DNA from: Bacteroidota bacterium
GTDB lineage: Bacteria; Bacteroidota; Ignavibacteria; UBA10030
Direction: 5' to 3'
DNA: 28,036 nt
NCBI GenBank assembly: GCA_025455125.1
Contig: JALONE010000002.1
Span: forward strand, 1 to 28,036
Shown here in pieces: positions 14,591-23,265 of this stretch (positions within the stretch are counted from its first letter, which is position 1; the number at the start of each line of letters is the position of its first letter). The notes beneath the pieces were generated by a model. It ran no database searches. It was not told where the DNA came from and saw only the letters and a list, made by a program, of their open reading frames with translations. The translations under genes and the position numbers were made by a program.

Positions 14591-16807
14591 ATGAATCGCC
14601 TTTCTGTTCGTCTTGCCTTTCTCCTGTTGTGCGTGCTGACGATCTCGCTGTTTGCGCAAGAACAGCCGACTCTCACGCTCGACAACATGAACGATCCGGC
14701 ATTTGCCCGTTCATTTCAAATGCCGCGGACATTCTGGCTCAGCGATAACACCGCCTTGATCTACGATCCGCGTATCCCCGATTCCATCCGAACGCTGGAA
14801 CGTCTTGATCCCAAGTCCGGAAAGCGGACGCAGTATCTGGACCGCGAAAAAGCCGCCGCGAGCTTCAACACCCTCTTTCCCGAAGGAAAGGCTCCGCGCT
14901 TCAGCCCAATGCCTGCATCCATCACCGCAGATGGCCGTTATGGGTTGTATGTTGTCAGCGGAGACATCTTCGTGCTCGACATTCCCAAGGCCGCCGTTCA
15001 CCGCATCACCGAGACCGCGGACGAAGAAAAGAATGTTCAGTTCTCGCCGGACGGCATGAAGCTCGCCTTCAACCGCGGGACAAACCTGTTCGCGTACGAC
15101 ATCAGCCAGAAGAAGGAACATCAACTCACCTTCGACGGAACGAAGACGCTTCTCAACGGAACATTGTCGTGGGTGTATTGGGAAGAGATCTTCGGACGCC
15201 GCGATATCGGCTACTGGTGGTCGCACGACTCCAAAGCCATCGCCTATCTGCAAACGGATGAATCCGAAGTCAGCCTGCAGAGCATCGTCGATATCGCCCC
15301 GTGGACGCCGACGGTCTCCACGCAACGATATCCGAAGATCGGCGAGAAGAATCCCGCTGTCCGTGTCGGCGTGACCGAGGTGGGAAGCGGCTCAACCGTG
15401 TGGGCCGCGATCGATCCGAAGTCGTTCGAGTACGTCATCCGCGTCGACTGGATCCCCGACAACAAGCAGGTCTGCGTCCGCACCATGAACCGTCTTCAGA
15501 CGGAGCTTGACTTCCACTTCGTCGACCGGAAGACCGGAACGGCGACGTTCATCACCAAGGATACCGATCCGGGCTGGATCAACATGTCCGACGACTTATA
15601 CTTCCTGAAGGATGGAAAGCATTTCCTACTTTCGTCCGAGCGGGATGGATACGCACACCTGTACCGGTTCACCATGGACGGGAAGCTGGTCAATCAAGTC
15701 ACGAAAGGCGACTGGGCGCTCACGACCTCCGGTGGACTTCCCTTCTGGGTCCAGAAGGCCGTCGTCGGCATTGACGAAGATGCCGGATGGATCTACTTCA
15801 CATCGCTCGAGAAGTCGTCGATCGAGAAGCATTTCTATCGTATCCGGTTCGACGGGAAAAAGATGGAGCGGCTTTCCGGAGGGGATGGAACGCATGGCAT
15901 CAACATGAGTCCGGACGCCAAGTATTACTTCGATCAATTCTCGAATATCTCCACACCCCCTTCGCTCACCTTGCGCGACACGCGCGGCAAAGTCGCTCAC
16001 GTGCTTGCCACTCCTGATGATTCCGCATTCAAAAAGTATGGCGTCCAATACGCCGAATTGTTGAAGGTCCCGGCCCGCGACGGTTTCCTGCTCCCTGCCA
16101 CCATCACGAAGCCGCGCGATTTTGATCCGAACAAAAAGTATCCGGTTGTCGTGAAGGTGTACGGCGGGCCGTCCGCGCCGACCGTCGCCAACGCATTCGA
16201 CTACGGCGCCGTGCTGGACAATGTTCTCGGAAACAACGGATACATCGTCGTGAAGATCGACAACCGCTCTTCGACGGCCATCAGCAAGAAGCTGGAGAAC
16301 CTCATCCTGAACCGGGTGATGGGCGAGATCGAGTTGAACGACCTCGTCGACGCGGTGCAATGGTTCAAGAAACTCCCCTACATCGATCCGAACCGGTTCG
16401 GCATCACCGGTTGGAGCGGCGGCGGTTCCTACACGATCCTTGCGTTGAGCCGTTCGAAGGAATTCAAAGCAGGAATCGCGGGAGCAGGCGTAACCGATTT
16501 CCGCTTCTACGACACGAAATGGGGCGAGGCGGCAATGAAGACGGAGAAGGAGAACCTAAAGGGGATGGAGGATAACTCGCTTCTGAAGTATGCGAAGGAC
16601 CTCACCGGACGGTTGATGCTCGTGCACGGAACGCATGATGACAACGTCCACATCCAGAACACCTGGCGGTATGTGAACGAACTCATCAAAGCCAACAAGA
16701 TCTTCGAGTTGATGGTCTATCCTCTCCGGGGACACGGGGTGGGAGACCCGGCGGGAAGAAAGCATCTGAATGCGACGATGTTGGATTTCTGGAAAAGGAA
16801 CCTGTAA
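14591..16807 (+). CDS. Secreted S9B dipeptidyl-peptidase IV family serine peptidase
   Basis: DPP IV N-terminal propeller (WVYWEEI, YPKIGEKNP), VYGGP, nucleophile GWSGGG, HGTHDDNVH and catalytic His GHG. Signal peptide from ATG 14591. Confidence 0.95.
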   Translation: MNRLSVRLAFLLLCVLTISLFAQEQPTLTLDNMNDPAFARSFQMPRTFWLSDNTALIYDPRIPDSIRTLERLDPKSGKRTQYLDREKAAASFNTLFPEGKAPRFSPMPASITADGRYGLYVVSGDIFVLDIPKAAVHRITETADEEKNVQFSPDGMKLAFNRGTNLFAYDISQKKEHQLTFDGTKTLLNGTLSWVYWEEIFGRRDIGYWWSHDSKAIAYLQTDESEVSLQSIVDIAPWTPTVSTQRYPKIGEKNPAVRVGVTEVGSGSTVWAAIDPKSFEYVIRVDWIPDNKQVCVRTMNRLQTELDFHFVDRKTGTATFITKDTDPGWINMSDDLYFLKDGKHFLLSSERDGYAHLYRFTMDGKLVNQVTKGDWALTTSGGLPFWVQKAVVGIDEDAGWIYFTSLEKSSIEKHFYRIRFDGKKMERLSGGDGTHGINMSPDAKYYFDQFSNISTPPSLTLRDTRGKVAHVLATPDDSAFKKYGVQYAELLKVPARDGFLLPATITKPRDFDPNKKYPVVVKVYGGPSAPTVANAFDYGAVLDNVLGNNGYIVVKIDNRSSTAISKKLENLILNRVMGEIELNDLVDAVQWFKKLPYIDPNRFGITGWSGGGSYTILALSRSKEFKAGIAGAGVTDFRFYDTKWGEAAMKTEKENLKGMEDNSLLKYAKDLTGRLMLVHGTHDDNVHIQNTWRYVNELIKANKIFELMVYPLRGHGVGDPAGRKHLNATMLDFWKRNL

Positions 16808-16866
16808 TGAATGCCTGCGCCCAAAGACTTTCACGCAGAGGGCGCAAAGGAAAAGGAGAGAACACC

Positions 16867-16900
16867 AAGGGTCCCGGAAACTAATCCCGGGGCCTTTTTT
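16867..16900 (+). terminator. Rho-independent terminator-like hairpin
   Basis: ggtcccgg...ccggggcc 8-bp stem followed by T6. Confidence 0.75.
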
Positions 16901-16911
16901 GTTGTACAGAC

Positions 16912-17712
16912 ATGAAGATATTCTGCGGTGTACTGGTTGTATCGGTGATGTTTGCGACCCGATCCGTATTTGCCCAGTCGAATGCGACGGTCGGTCCTGT
17001 TACCGCGTCCATCCATTTCGGACCCAGGATGGCGGACGGTGCGCGCGAGATCGCTCTCCATTTCGTCCTGAAGCCGGAGTGGCATTTGTACTGGACGAAC
17101 CCGGGAGACGCCGGCTTGCCGTTGGAGATCTCCTGGACGCTCCCACCCGGATACCGCATCGACACGGTCCGGTATCCCGTCCCCAAGCGGTACGTCTCCG
17201 AAACGAGTATTGACTTCGGTTATCCGGACAGCGTGACAGTGCTCGCAACCTTGCGGTCTCCCGAACGCACTTCCTCTGACACTGCGGGAATCGTGGTCGG
17301 ATTGGATTGGCTCGTGTGCAAGGAGAGTTGTATTCAGGGCTCGACGACGCTTCGTGCGCGACTCAACGATCCCTCGACGCGCTGGACATTCTCTCGAGTG
17401 GCTCGCGCAGAGCGGATGATGCCCGCACCGTGGCGCGACACCGGCGATCTCCGATTCGGCACCTTGAGCATCATGCGCGGCGAGCATCGCACTGAACTTC
17501 GAATCCCCTTCTCCGGACCGAACGCCTCGCGCGTGAAAGATTTCTACCCTGAGCTTATTCCCGACTGTACGATCATTCACTCGGAGATTGAGGTCAAGAA
17601 CAACGAGATCATCGTGCCGGTCACACCCAACACCGATACGATCGCCCCCGAACGGTTGTCCGGTCTCATTCGCCTCACCGATGGGACGTTCACATTGTCA
17701 CGAACACGCTAA
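16912..17712 (+). CDS. Exported DsbD N-terminal (DsbD-alpha-like) domain protein
   Basis: Signal peptide, WHLYWTNPGDAGLP, and redox Cys pair WLVCKESCIQG. No transmembrane DsbD-beta domain. Confidence 0.85.
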   Translation: MKIFCGVLVVSVMFATRSVFAQSNATVGPVTASIHFGPRMADGAREIALHFVLKPEWHLYWTNPGDAGLPLEISWTLPPGYRIDTVRYPVPKRYVSETSIDFGYPDSVTVLATLRSPERTSSDTAGIVVGLDWLVCKESCIQGSTTLRARLNDPSTRWTFSRVARAERMMPAPWRDTGDLRFGTLSIMRGEHRTELRIPFSGPNASRVKDFYPELIPDCTIIHSEIEVKNNEIIVPVTPNTDTIAPERLSGLIRLTDGTFTLSRTR

Positions 17713-17742
17713 TCAGCTCACATTCATCAAGGAGTTCCACTC

Positions 17743-18339
17743 ATGATCCGACAACTCGCATCTGTGTATCTATCGATCGCCGTTCTCTCTTTCGCCGCAT
17801 TCGCCGGCAGTCCGGAGATCGGCAAACCCGCTCCGGAATTCAAGGCGGTCGACGTCGCAGGAAAGACGGTGACCCTCTCCGAGTATAAGGGAAAGATCGT
17901 CGTTCTTGAGTGGACGAATCCCGGTTGTCCGTTCGTTCAGCGTCATTACAAGGCCGGATCACTGCAAGCCTTGCAGCAGATGGCGGCGGACCAGGGGGCG
18001 GTCTGGCTCACCATCAATTCAACGAACACGGAACACCGCGATCATCAGACGAGCGAGGTTTTCGGGAAGACGTACGCCGACTGGAAGTCGAAGCATGCCC
18101 GTCTGGTCATGGACGCCGAGGGCGTCGTTGGAAAGGCCTATGACGCAAAGACCACGCCGCATCTGTTCGTGATCGACAAGAACGGCGTGCTGGTGTACAA
18201 CGGAGCCGTCGACAGCGATCCCCGCGGCAACAGCGAGAAGCGCGTTCACTATGTCGAGGATGCATTGAAGGCCCTCGCCGCCGGCAAGGAGATCGGCACA
18301 CACTCGACCACGCCGTATGGATGCTCGGTGAAGTACTAG
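17743..18339 (+). CDS. Exported redoxin (AhpC/TSA thioredoxin-fold) protein
   Basis: Signal peptide, GKPAPEF, VVLEWTNPGCPFV, AKTTPHLFVID and C-terminal PYGCSVKY. SD aaggag. Confidence 0.9.
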   Translation: MIRQLASVYLSIAVLSFAAFAGSPEIGKPAPEFKAVDVAGKTVTLSEYKGKIVVLEWTNPGCPFVQRHYKAGSLQALQQMAADQGAVWLTINSTNTEHRDHQTSEVFGKTYADWKSKHARLVMDAEGVVGKAYDAKTTPHLFVIDKNGVLVYNGAVDSDPRGNSEKRVHYVEDALKALAAGKEIGTHSTTPYGCSVKY

Positions 18340-18358
18340 CAGGCTGGTGAGAAAACAT

Positions 18359-18459
18359 CACCACGAAGACACGAAGAAAGACAATGCCTGAAGTCCAGTC
18401 CTTGATCTGCTTTGAACACAATTGCCTGTCGTTCTTGGTGTCCTCGTGTCTTGGTGGTG
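18359..18459. repeat. Nonamer-period imperfect inverted repeat (empty GxxExxY-flank type)
   Basis: caccacgaagacacgaag (18359-18376) matches the reverse complement of 18442-18459 at 16/18. Confidence 0.8.
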
Positions 18460-18466
18460 GTATACT
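18458..18466 (+). promoter_or_regulatory. Extended -10 promoter (TGnTATACT) for msrB
   Basis: tg-g-tatact 24 bp upstream of ATG 18491; same TGnTATACTTCA 12-mer as at 6252. Confidence 0.55.
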
Positions 18467-18490
18467 TCAACGGCACGACAGAGAAAGCAC

Positions 18491-19069
18491 ATGAGAACGA
18501 TGCCATTCAATCTCGGGATTCTGCTGCTGCTGATGTTCATTTTCGCTTCCTGCGGGAGCAGTGAGAATCCCCAATCCCGGAAGATGCCGGAGAAGGAATC
18601 AACGATGACGTGGAGTGATGTCGAGCGTTATGCGCGTGAGGGGAGTCCCAAGCCCGACCGTCGTGTCGAGAAGACACCTGAGCAATGGCGCGCGCAGTTG
18701 ACGAAGGAGCAGTATGCGGTCACGCGAATGAAGGGAACGGAACGGCCGTACACGGGCGAGTACTGCGAATCTCACGAGCCGGGAATCTACGCCTGCGTGT
18801 GTTGCCGGACGGAGCTGTTCGATTCGCGCGTGAAGTTCGAATCGGGGACGGGGTGGCCGAGTTTCACAGAGCCGATAAAGGTGAACGTCATTTCGTACCA
18901 CGAGGACGAATCGTACGGGATGTCCCGGATCGAGGTCTTGTGCAACGTCTGCGACGCGCACTTGGGCCACGTGTTTCCCGACGGACCGGGGAAGGGGGGC
19001 TTGCGGTTCTGCATCAACTCAGCGTCGCTGGTGCAAGTGGACAGTGTGGGAAATGCTATAACGCACTGA
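18491..19069 (+). CDS. msrB: Peptide-methionine (R)-S-oxide reductase with lipoprotein signal
   Basis: GTERPY, Zn-binding CVCC and CNVC, KFESGTGWPSF, HLGHVFPDGP and RFCINSASL. N-terminal lipobox FAS-C. Confidence 0.95.
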   Translation: MRTMPFNLGILLLLMFIFASCGSSENPQSRKMPEKESTMTWSDVERYAREGSPKPDRRVEKTPEQWRAQLTKEQYAVTRMKGTERPYTGEYCESHEPGIYACVCCRTELFDSRVKFESGTGWPSFTEPIKVNVISYHEDESYGMSRIEVLCNVCDAHLGHVFPDGPGKGGLRFCINSASLVQVDSVGNAITH

Positions 19070-19508
19070 GCGTGTTAGCCACGCCGTCGTGGATCCAAGT
19101 CCAAGAGGCCATGCATGCCTCGCTCGACCTTGAGGGGACCAATCGTTGAAACGATGCGATGATCGTTTGGAGTTCCTGGGGCGAGCGAATGCGGCTATTC
19201 TGGTAGGGTCCGGCGAAGAGGCGGCCTGAGCGTCGATAGCGCCTATTACAGCGACGCGCCACGCTGGTTTGAACGCGGTGCATCATGCGGGAAATGCTCC
19301 CGCCGACATTCTGCTCGAGAATCAGTTGGAATTCTTCCGATGCAAGAGAGCGCGCGAGTATCCGCACGTTTTCCTGTTTGGAGGTCGTTGCGAGGACTTT
19401 GAGCATGTGGTGATAATCCGCATCGTCCCGGAATATGGGCGTGAACGCCGTTCCACGATTCGAGATGAGATAGGGGATGAGATCGATGATGGGGTCGGTG
19501 CGGTTCAT
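19056..19508 (-). mobile_element. RAYT/TnpA(Y1) HUH-transposase-like ORF, intact frame but catalytic residues replaced
   Basis: YLISNRG, IFRDDADY, ILARSLASEEFQLILEQ, SISRMM and NRRYRRSGRLFAGPY align with the RAYT scaffold. No HuH motif or catalytic Tyr. SD AAGGAG at 19527-19522. Confidence 0.75.
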
Positions 19509-19536
19509 GGTGGACAGATCTCTCCTTAAGTCTCCC

Positions 19537-19582
19537 GAAGGTTCCCTTCAGCTTAAATACGACATACATGAAGGGAACCTTC
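19537..19582. repeat. Perfect 14-bp inverted repeat with 18-nt loop (REP-like candidate)
   Basis: gaaggttcccttca (19537-19550) / tgaagggaaccttc (19569-19582). Confidence 0.85.
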
Positions 19583-19687
19583 AAGTTCAATCTGCCCACC
19601 AGCTTCTCTTGCAAGATCGTCCTCTTTCCCCCTCCACGCAACAAAATTCGTCCTGCATTTCCGGGAAAAATGTCTCTATCTTTGTCC

Positions 19688-20581
19688 ATGCTTCCCTTCC
19701 CCGGCGAACTTGCCGCCCTCGCGACCGCCTGCATGTGGACCGCCAGCTCGCTGGTCTTCGCTGCCGCGACGATCCGCATCGGCTCCATCTACGTCAATGT
19801 CACCCGCATCATCGCCGCCGCCGTGATGCTCTTCATCCTCCTGCTTCTCTTCGGATTGCACGTCGAGATCTCCGCTTCTCAAACGGGATTTCTCTTTGTG
19901 AGCGGTCTCGTCGGACTCGTCTTCGGCGATACCTTCCTTTTCAAATCGTACGAATACAACAGCGCCCGCATCAGCTCGCTCGTGATGTCCACCGCACCGG
20001 CACTTTCCGCCGTGTTCGGCTATCTTCTGCTCGATGAAACACTCTCCCCCATCGGCATCGTCGGTATGGCGATCACCCTCGCCGGCATCGCCATGGTGGT
20101 CCTCGATCGCCCCGATTCCTCGAGTTCCGCGATGCATCCTTCCACGATCGGCATCTTCTACGCGTTCCTCGGCTCCGTCGGTCAGGCCGGCGGTTTGATC
20201 CTCGCCAAGGCCGCGTTCGTGCAAGGACCGATCAACGGCTTCGTCGCAACCTTCGTCCGGATGTGCGCCGCCTTCGTCGTCATCCTGCCGCTCAATTGGC
20301 TCGCCGGGCGCTATCGCGAACCGCGGCGGGTCTTCACGCAGGATCGAAGAGCATTTTGGTTGACAATGCTCGGAGCAGTCCTTGGACCCGTCCTTGGCGT
20401 CACACTCAGCTTGGTCGCTGTATCCTACACGACGGTCGCGATCGCAGCGACGCTCATGGCAACGGTTCCGATCCTGATGCTGCCGACGGTGTGGTTCCTG
20501 CAGAAAGAACGCCTCACGTTCCGGGCGATCGTCGGGGCATTCGTGGCGGTAGGCGGCGTTGCGTTGTTGTTCTTGCGGTGA
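19688..20581 (+). CDS. DMT/EamA family transporter
   Basis: About 10 TM in two EamA halves (SGLVGLVFGDTFLF, LLDETLSP, QAGGLILAK, LQKERLT). ATG 19688 is preferred over 19568. Confidence 0.92.
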   Translation: MLPFPGELAALATACMWTASSLVFAAATIRIGSIYVNVTRIIAAAVMLFILLLLFGLHVEISASQTGFLFVSGLVGLVFGDTFLFKSYEYNSARISSLVMSTAPALSAVFGYLLLDETLSPIGIVGMAITLAGIAMVVLDRPDSSSSAMHPSTIGIFYAFLGSVGQAGGLILAKAAFVQGPINGFVATFVRMCAAFVVILPLNWLAGRYREPRRVFTQDRRAFWLTMLGAVLGPVLGVTLSLVAVSYTTVAIAATLMATVPILMLPTVWFLQKERLTFRAIVGAFVAVGGVALLFLR

Positions 20582-20588
20582 GGGTTTG

Positions 20589-23213
20589 CTACAACTTCTT
20601 CTTTGTATCCGCGTTCCCCATGGGATCCTTTTTTAGGAAGGACCCGTACAGTTTTTCCATGCACTCGGGACAGAGACTGTGGCTGAACTTTGCCTCGGAG
20701 TGCTCATGGATGTACCGCTCAAGATTGTTCCAGTATCCCTTGTCGTCCCGGATCTTCTTGCAGTTCGCACAGATCGGGATCAATCCCCCCAGGACTTTGA
20801 TGTTGACAAGAGCCTCGTCAACGCGCCGTTGCAGCTCCTCCTCGTGTTCGAGCAACTGGCGCACACGATAACGATAGATGCCGTAACCCGAGAGGAGGAG
20901 GATCGCGCCGCTCAGGATGAAGAACCACCAAGACTGATACCACATCGGCTTCAGGGTGATCGAGACCGTAGCCCCCTTCTCGTTCCACACACCGTCCCGA
21001 TTCGCGGCTTGAACACGGAACACATAGGTTCCGGGAAATAGCCCGGTATAGAACGCTTCCCGCCTGCTCCCCGCATCGATCCAGTCGTTGTCATATCCAT
21101 CCAGGCGATAGCGGAACCGGAGGTGTTCCGGAGCAATGAAGCTGAGCCCCGCATAGGTGAATTCCAGATCGCGCACACCCGGACCGAGTTCCATCACCGG
21201 TTGTTGACGCACCGGACTTCGCTCGGCACGGACCTGTTGGATGTCAACGGGGGGCGCCACGAGGTTCGTGCGGATGGTGCTCGGGTTGACGACCGCGACT
21301 CCGCGCACGGTCGGATACCAGAGCGATCCGGATCGCGTGCGCAATGAAGCCGGCTGAATGCCCCCGCAACATTCGCGACTCGGCATACCATCAAGATTGT
21401 CGATGAGCATGCCGTGCACGCGCGTGATTCTTCCGCTGGCACACGCGATGAGCTCGCTCTCCGAAACACGGTACAACCCCAGGTTTCCGGAGAGCCAGAC
21501 CATCCCATATTCATCTCGTTCAATGGAGAAGATGATGTCCTCTGCCAGTCCGTTGGCCGTTGTGACGCTCGTCCACCGGCCATCGGCAAATCGATTGAGA
21601 CCTCCACCGTACGTCCCCGCCCACATGCGTCCCGTTGAATCCTGATAGAAGCAGTTGATCGATTCATTCGAGAGTCCATGCTCATTCGTGTGGAGCACGG
21701 TTTTCCCGTTGACGTACGCCGCAATCCCGCTCCCGTCGCTGCCGATCCACATCGTGCCGTCTGAATCTTGCCAAAGACATGTGCCGAAATTCCTGGGGAG
21801 TCCGTCCGCGGCGGTCAGGTATGACCATTCCCCGCGTGAATAGCGTCCGATGACCGTGCCGATAACGCCAACCCAGACCGCTCCACTCCGGTCAACGAAG
21901 AGTGACTGAGCTCCCTCCAGTATGTGCGGTCCTCCTGGACGGATGCTCTCGATCCTTCCCGCATGATATCGTGCAAGTTCCTTCTCCGTCGCCATCCAGA
22001 CGGACCCTTCGCGATCGGCGATGATCGCATACACGGTGTTATGGGGAAGTCCTTCGCGCGTTGTGAACGTCGTGCGGGATTCTCGCGTCAGCCGATCCAC
22101 GCCGCTTCCATCCGTGCCAACCCAGATCGCTCCATCCACATCTTCACAGAGTGACCAGATCGATCCGCTTGAGAGCCGCGTCGGAGCGGTCAAGCCGACC
22201 GCACGCGACTGTCTCAATCGAAAGAGCCCGAATCCGTTTGTGCCGATCCAGAGACTCCCTTCCGGATCCTGATAGAGCGATGACACCGAGGGTTTGTCCC
22301 CCTTTATCAGGGAGATCGCTTCAAGGACAGAACCGTTCCACGCGTAAAGCCCGCCGGCGTAGGTTCCCACCCATGCGGTTCCCGATTGCGCCGACTGCAG
22401 GGAGAGGATTCGCTGTCGAGGATCAAGTTGTTGAACGGTACGAATGCTTCCGTTCTTCAGGACGGCCAGTCCGCTCCGCGTGCCGATCATGAGAGCCCCG
22501 CTCGCATCCTGGCCGATCGACTCTACGATGTCGTCGGGAAGCCCGTCTCGTCGCGTAAACACTCGCCACTGTGATCCTGTCTGCATGGCGATGCCGCGCG
22601 CGGTCCCCACCCACACCGTCCCTGTGCGATCAGTGAACAATGTTCGTATGTCGTCGCTTGGCAGTCCGTCTCTCGTTCGGATGCGGTTCACGCGCTCCTT
22701 GTCGAAGACAACGATCCCCGCCGTGCGCGTTCCGGCCCAGATCCTCCCGCTGCTGTCCTCGGTCAACGCAACGACGCCAACCCTTCCCAGATCGACCGTA
22801 TCTAATTGGTGTGTGAAGACCTGACCGTTGTAAGACATGAGACCATGATCATACGCGCCGATCCAGATGGTACCATCGCGCGTGATCGTGAGCGCGTTGA
22901 TCCAATCCTGTTGCAGCTCCGGCGTGTTCGCCTGGTGATACGTAACAAAGGTGCGTCCGTCAAAACGGATCAATCCGCCCTGCGTGCCGAGCCAGAGATA
23001 GCCGTCCGGAGTTTGACCGATCGCCTGGATGGAGTTCTGCGGAAGACCGTCATCGCTTGTCCAGACATCGACAGTGAATGCCCGGGGCAAGACGGGTGCT
23101 TGATTCGAGCGCGGCTGGCCGAAGAGGAGGGAACCGCTGAACATCAACCAGCCGAGGGTGAATAACAAACAGTGTGTCGGCTCGATCGCCCCCAATGGAG
23201 ATTTCCTCAACAT
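20589..23213 (-). CDS. Periplasmic ligand-binding sensor: two-component-regulator propeller repeats + Y_Y_Y + TM + Cx2C-x26-Hx2Cx2C output domain
   Basis: Repeated DGLP...DxxGxxWxGT blades, FRYRLDGYDNDW...PGTYVFRVQAAN, TM WWFFILSG, then GGLIPICANCKKIRDDKGYW...SHSLCPEC. Start ATG 23213 is inferred. Confidence 0.9.
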   Translation of the reverse strand: MLRKSPLGAIEPTHCLLFTLGWLMFSGSLLFGQPRSNQAPVLPRAFTVDVWTSDDGLPQNSIQAIGQTPDGYLWLGTQGGLIRFDGRTFVTYHQANTPELQQDWINALTITRDGTIWIGAYDHGLMSYNGQVFTHQLDTVDLGRVGVVALTEDSSGRIWAGTRTAGIVVFDKERVNRIRTRDGLPSDDIRTLFTDRTGTVWVGTARGIAMQTGSQWRVFTRRDGLPDDIVESIGQDASGALMIGTRSGLAVLKNGSIRTVQQLDPRQRILSLQSAQSGTAWVGTYAGGLYAWNGSVLEAISLIKGDKPSVSSLYQDPEGSLWIGTNGFGLFRLRQSRAVGLTAPTRLSSGSIWSLCEDVDGAIWVGTDGSGVDRLTRESRTTFTTREGLPHNTVYAIIADREGSVWMATEKELARYHAGRIESIRPGGPHILEGAQSLFVDRSGAVWVGVIGTVIGRYSRGEWSYLTAADGLPRNFGTCLWQDSDGTMWIGSDGSGIAAYVNGKTVLHTNEHGLSNESINCFYQDSTGRMWAGTYGGGLNRFADGRWTSVTTANGLAEDIIFSIERDEYGMVWLSGNLGLYRVSESELIACASGRITRVHGMLIDNLDGMPSRECCGGIQPASLRTRSGSLWYPTVRGVAVVNPSTIRTNLVAPPVDIQQVRAERSPVRQQPVMELGPGVRDLEFTYAGLSFIAPEHLRFRYRLDGYDNDWIDAGSRREAFYTGLFPGTYVFRVQAANRDGVWNEKGATVSITLKPMWYQSWWFFILSGAILLLSGYGIYRYRVRQLLEHEEELQRRVDEALVNIKVLGGLIPICANCKKIRDDKGYWNNLERYIHEHSEAKFSHSLCPECMEKLYGSFLKKDPMGNADTKKKL

Positions 23214-23265
23214 GGACGAAAGATAGCGAATCGCTGCTGAAATGCCAAGCGAGTGCTTGTCAGCC

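Noticed and set aside
16195-16450. S9 nucleophile motif GWSGGG instead of GWSYGG
   Set aside because: The catalytic Ser-Asp-His triad is intact and this variant is, to my recollection, common among bacterial S9B enzymes.
19056-19508. Active IS200/IS605 or RAYT element
   Set aside because: HuH and catalytic Tyr are absent, there is no tnpB, and a hairpin is seen on one side only.
20589-20880. Frameshifted histidine kinase downstream of the propeller sensor
   Set aside because: The frame runs cleanly into a conserved Cys/His domain also present at 3842-3997. No H-box or G-box is seen in other frames, and the EamA gene ends immediately beyond.
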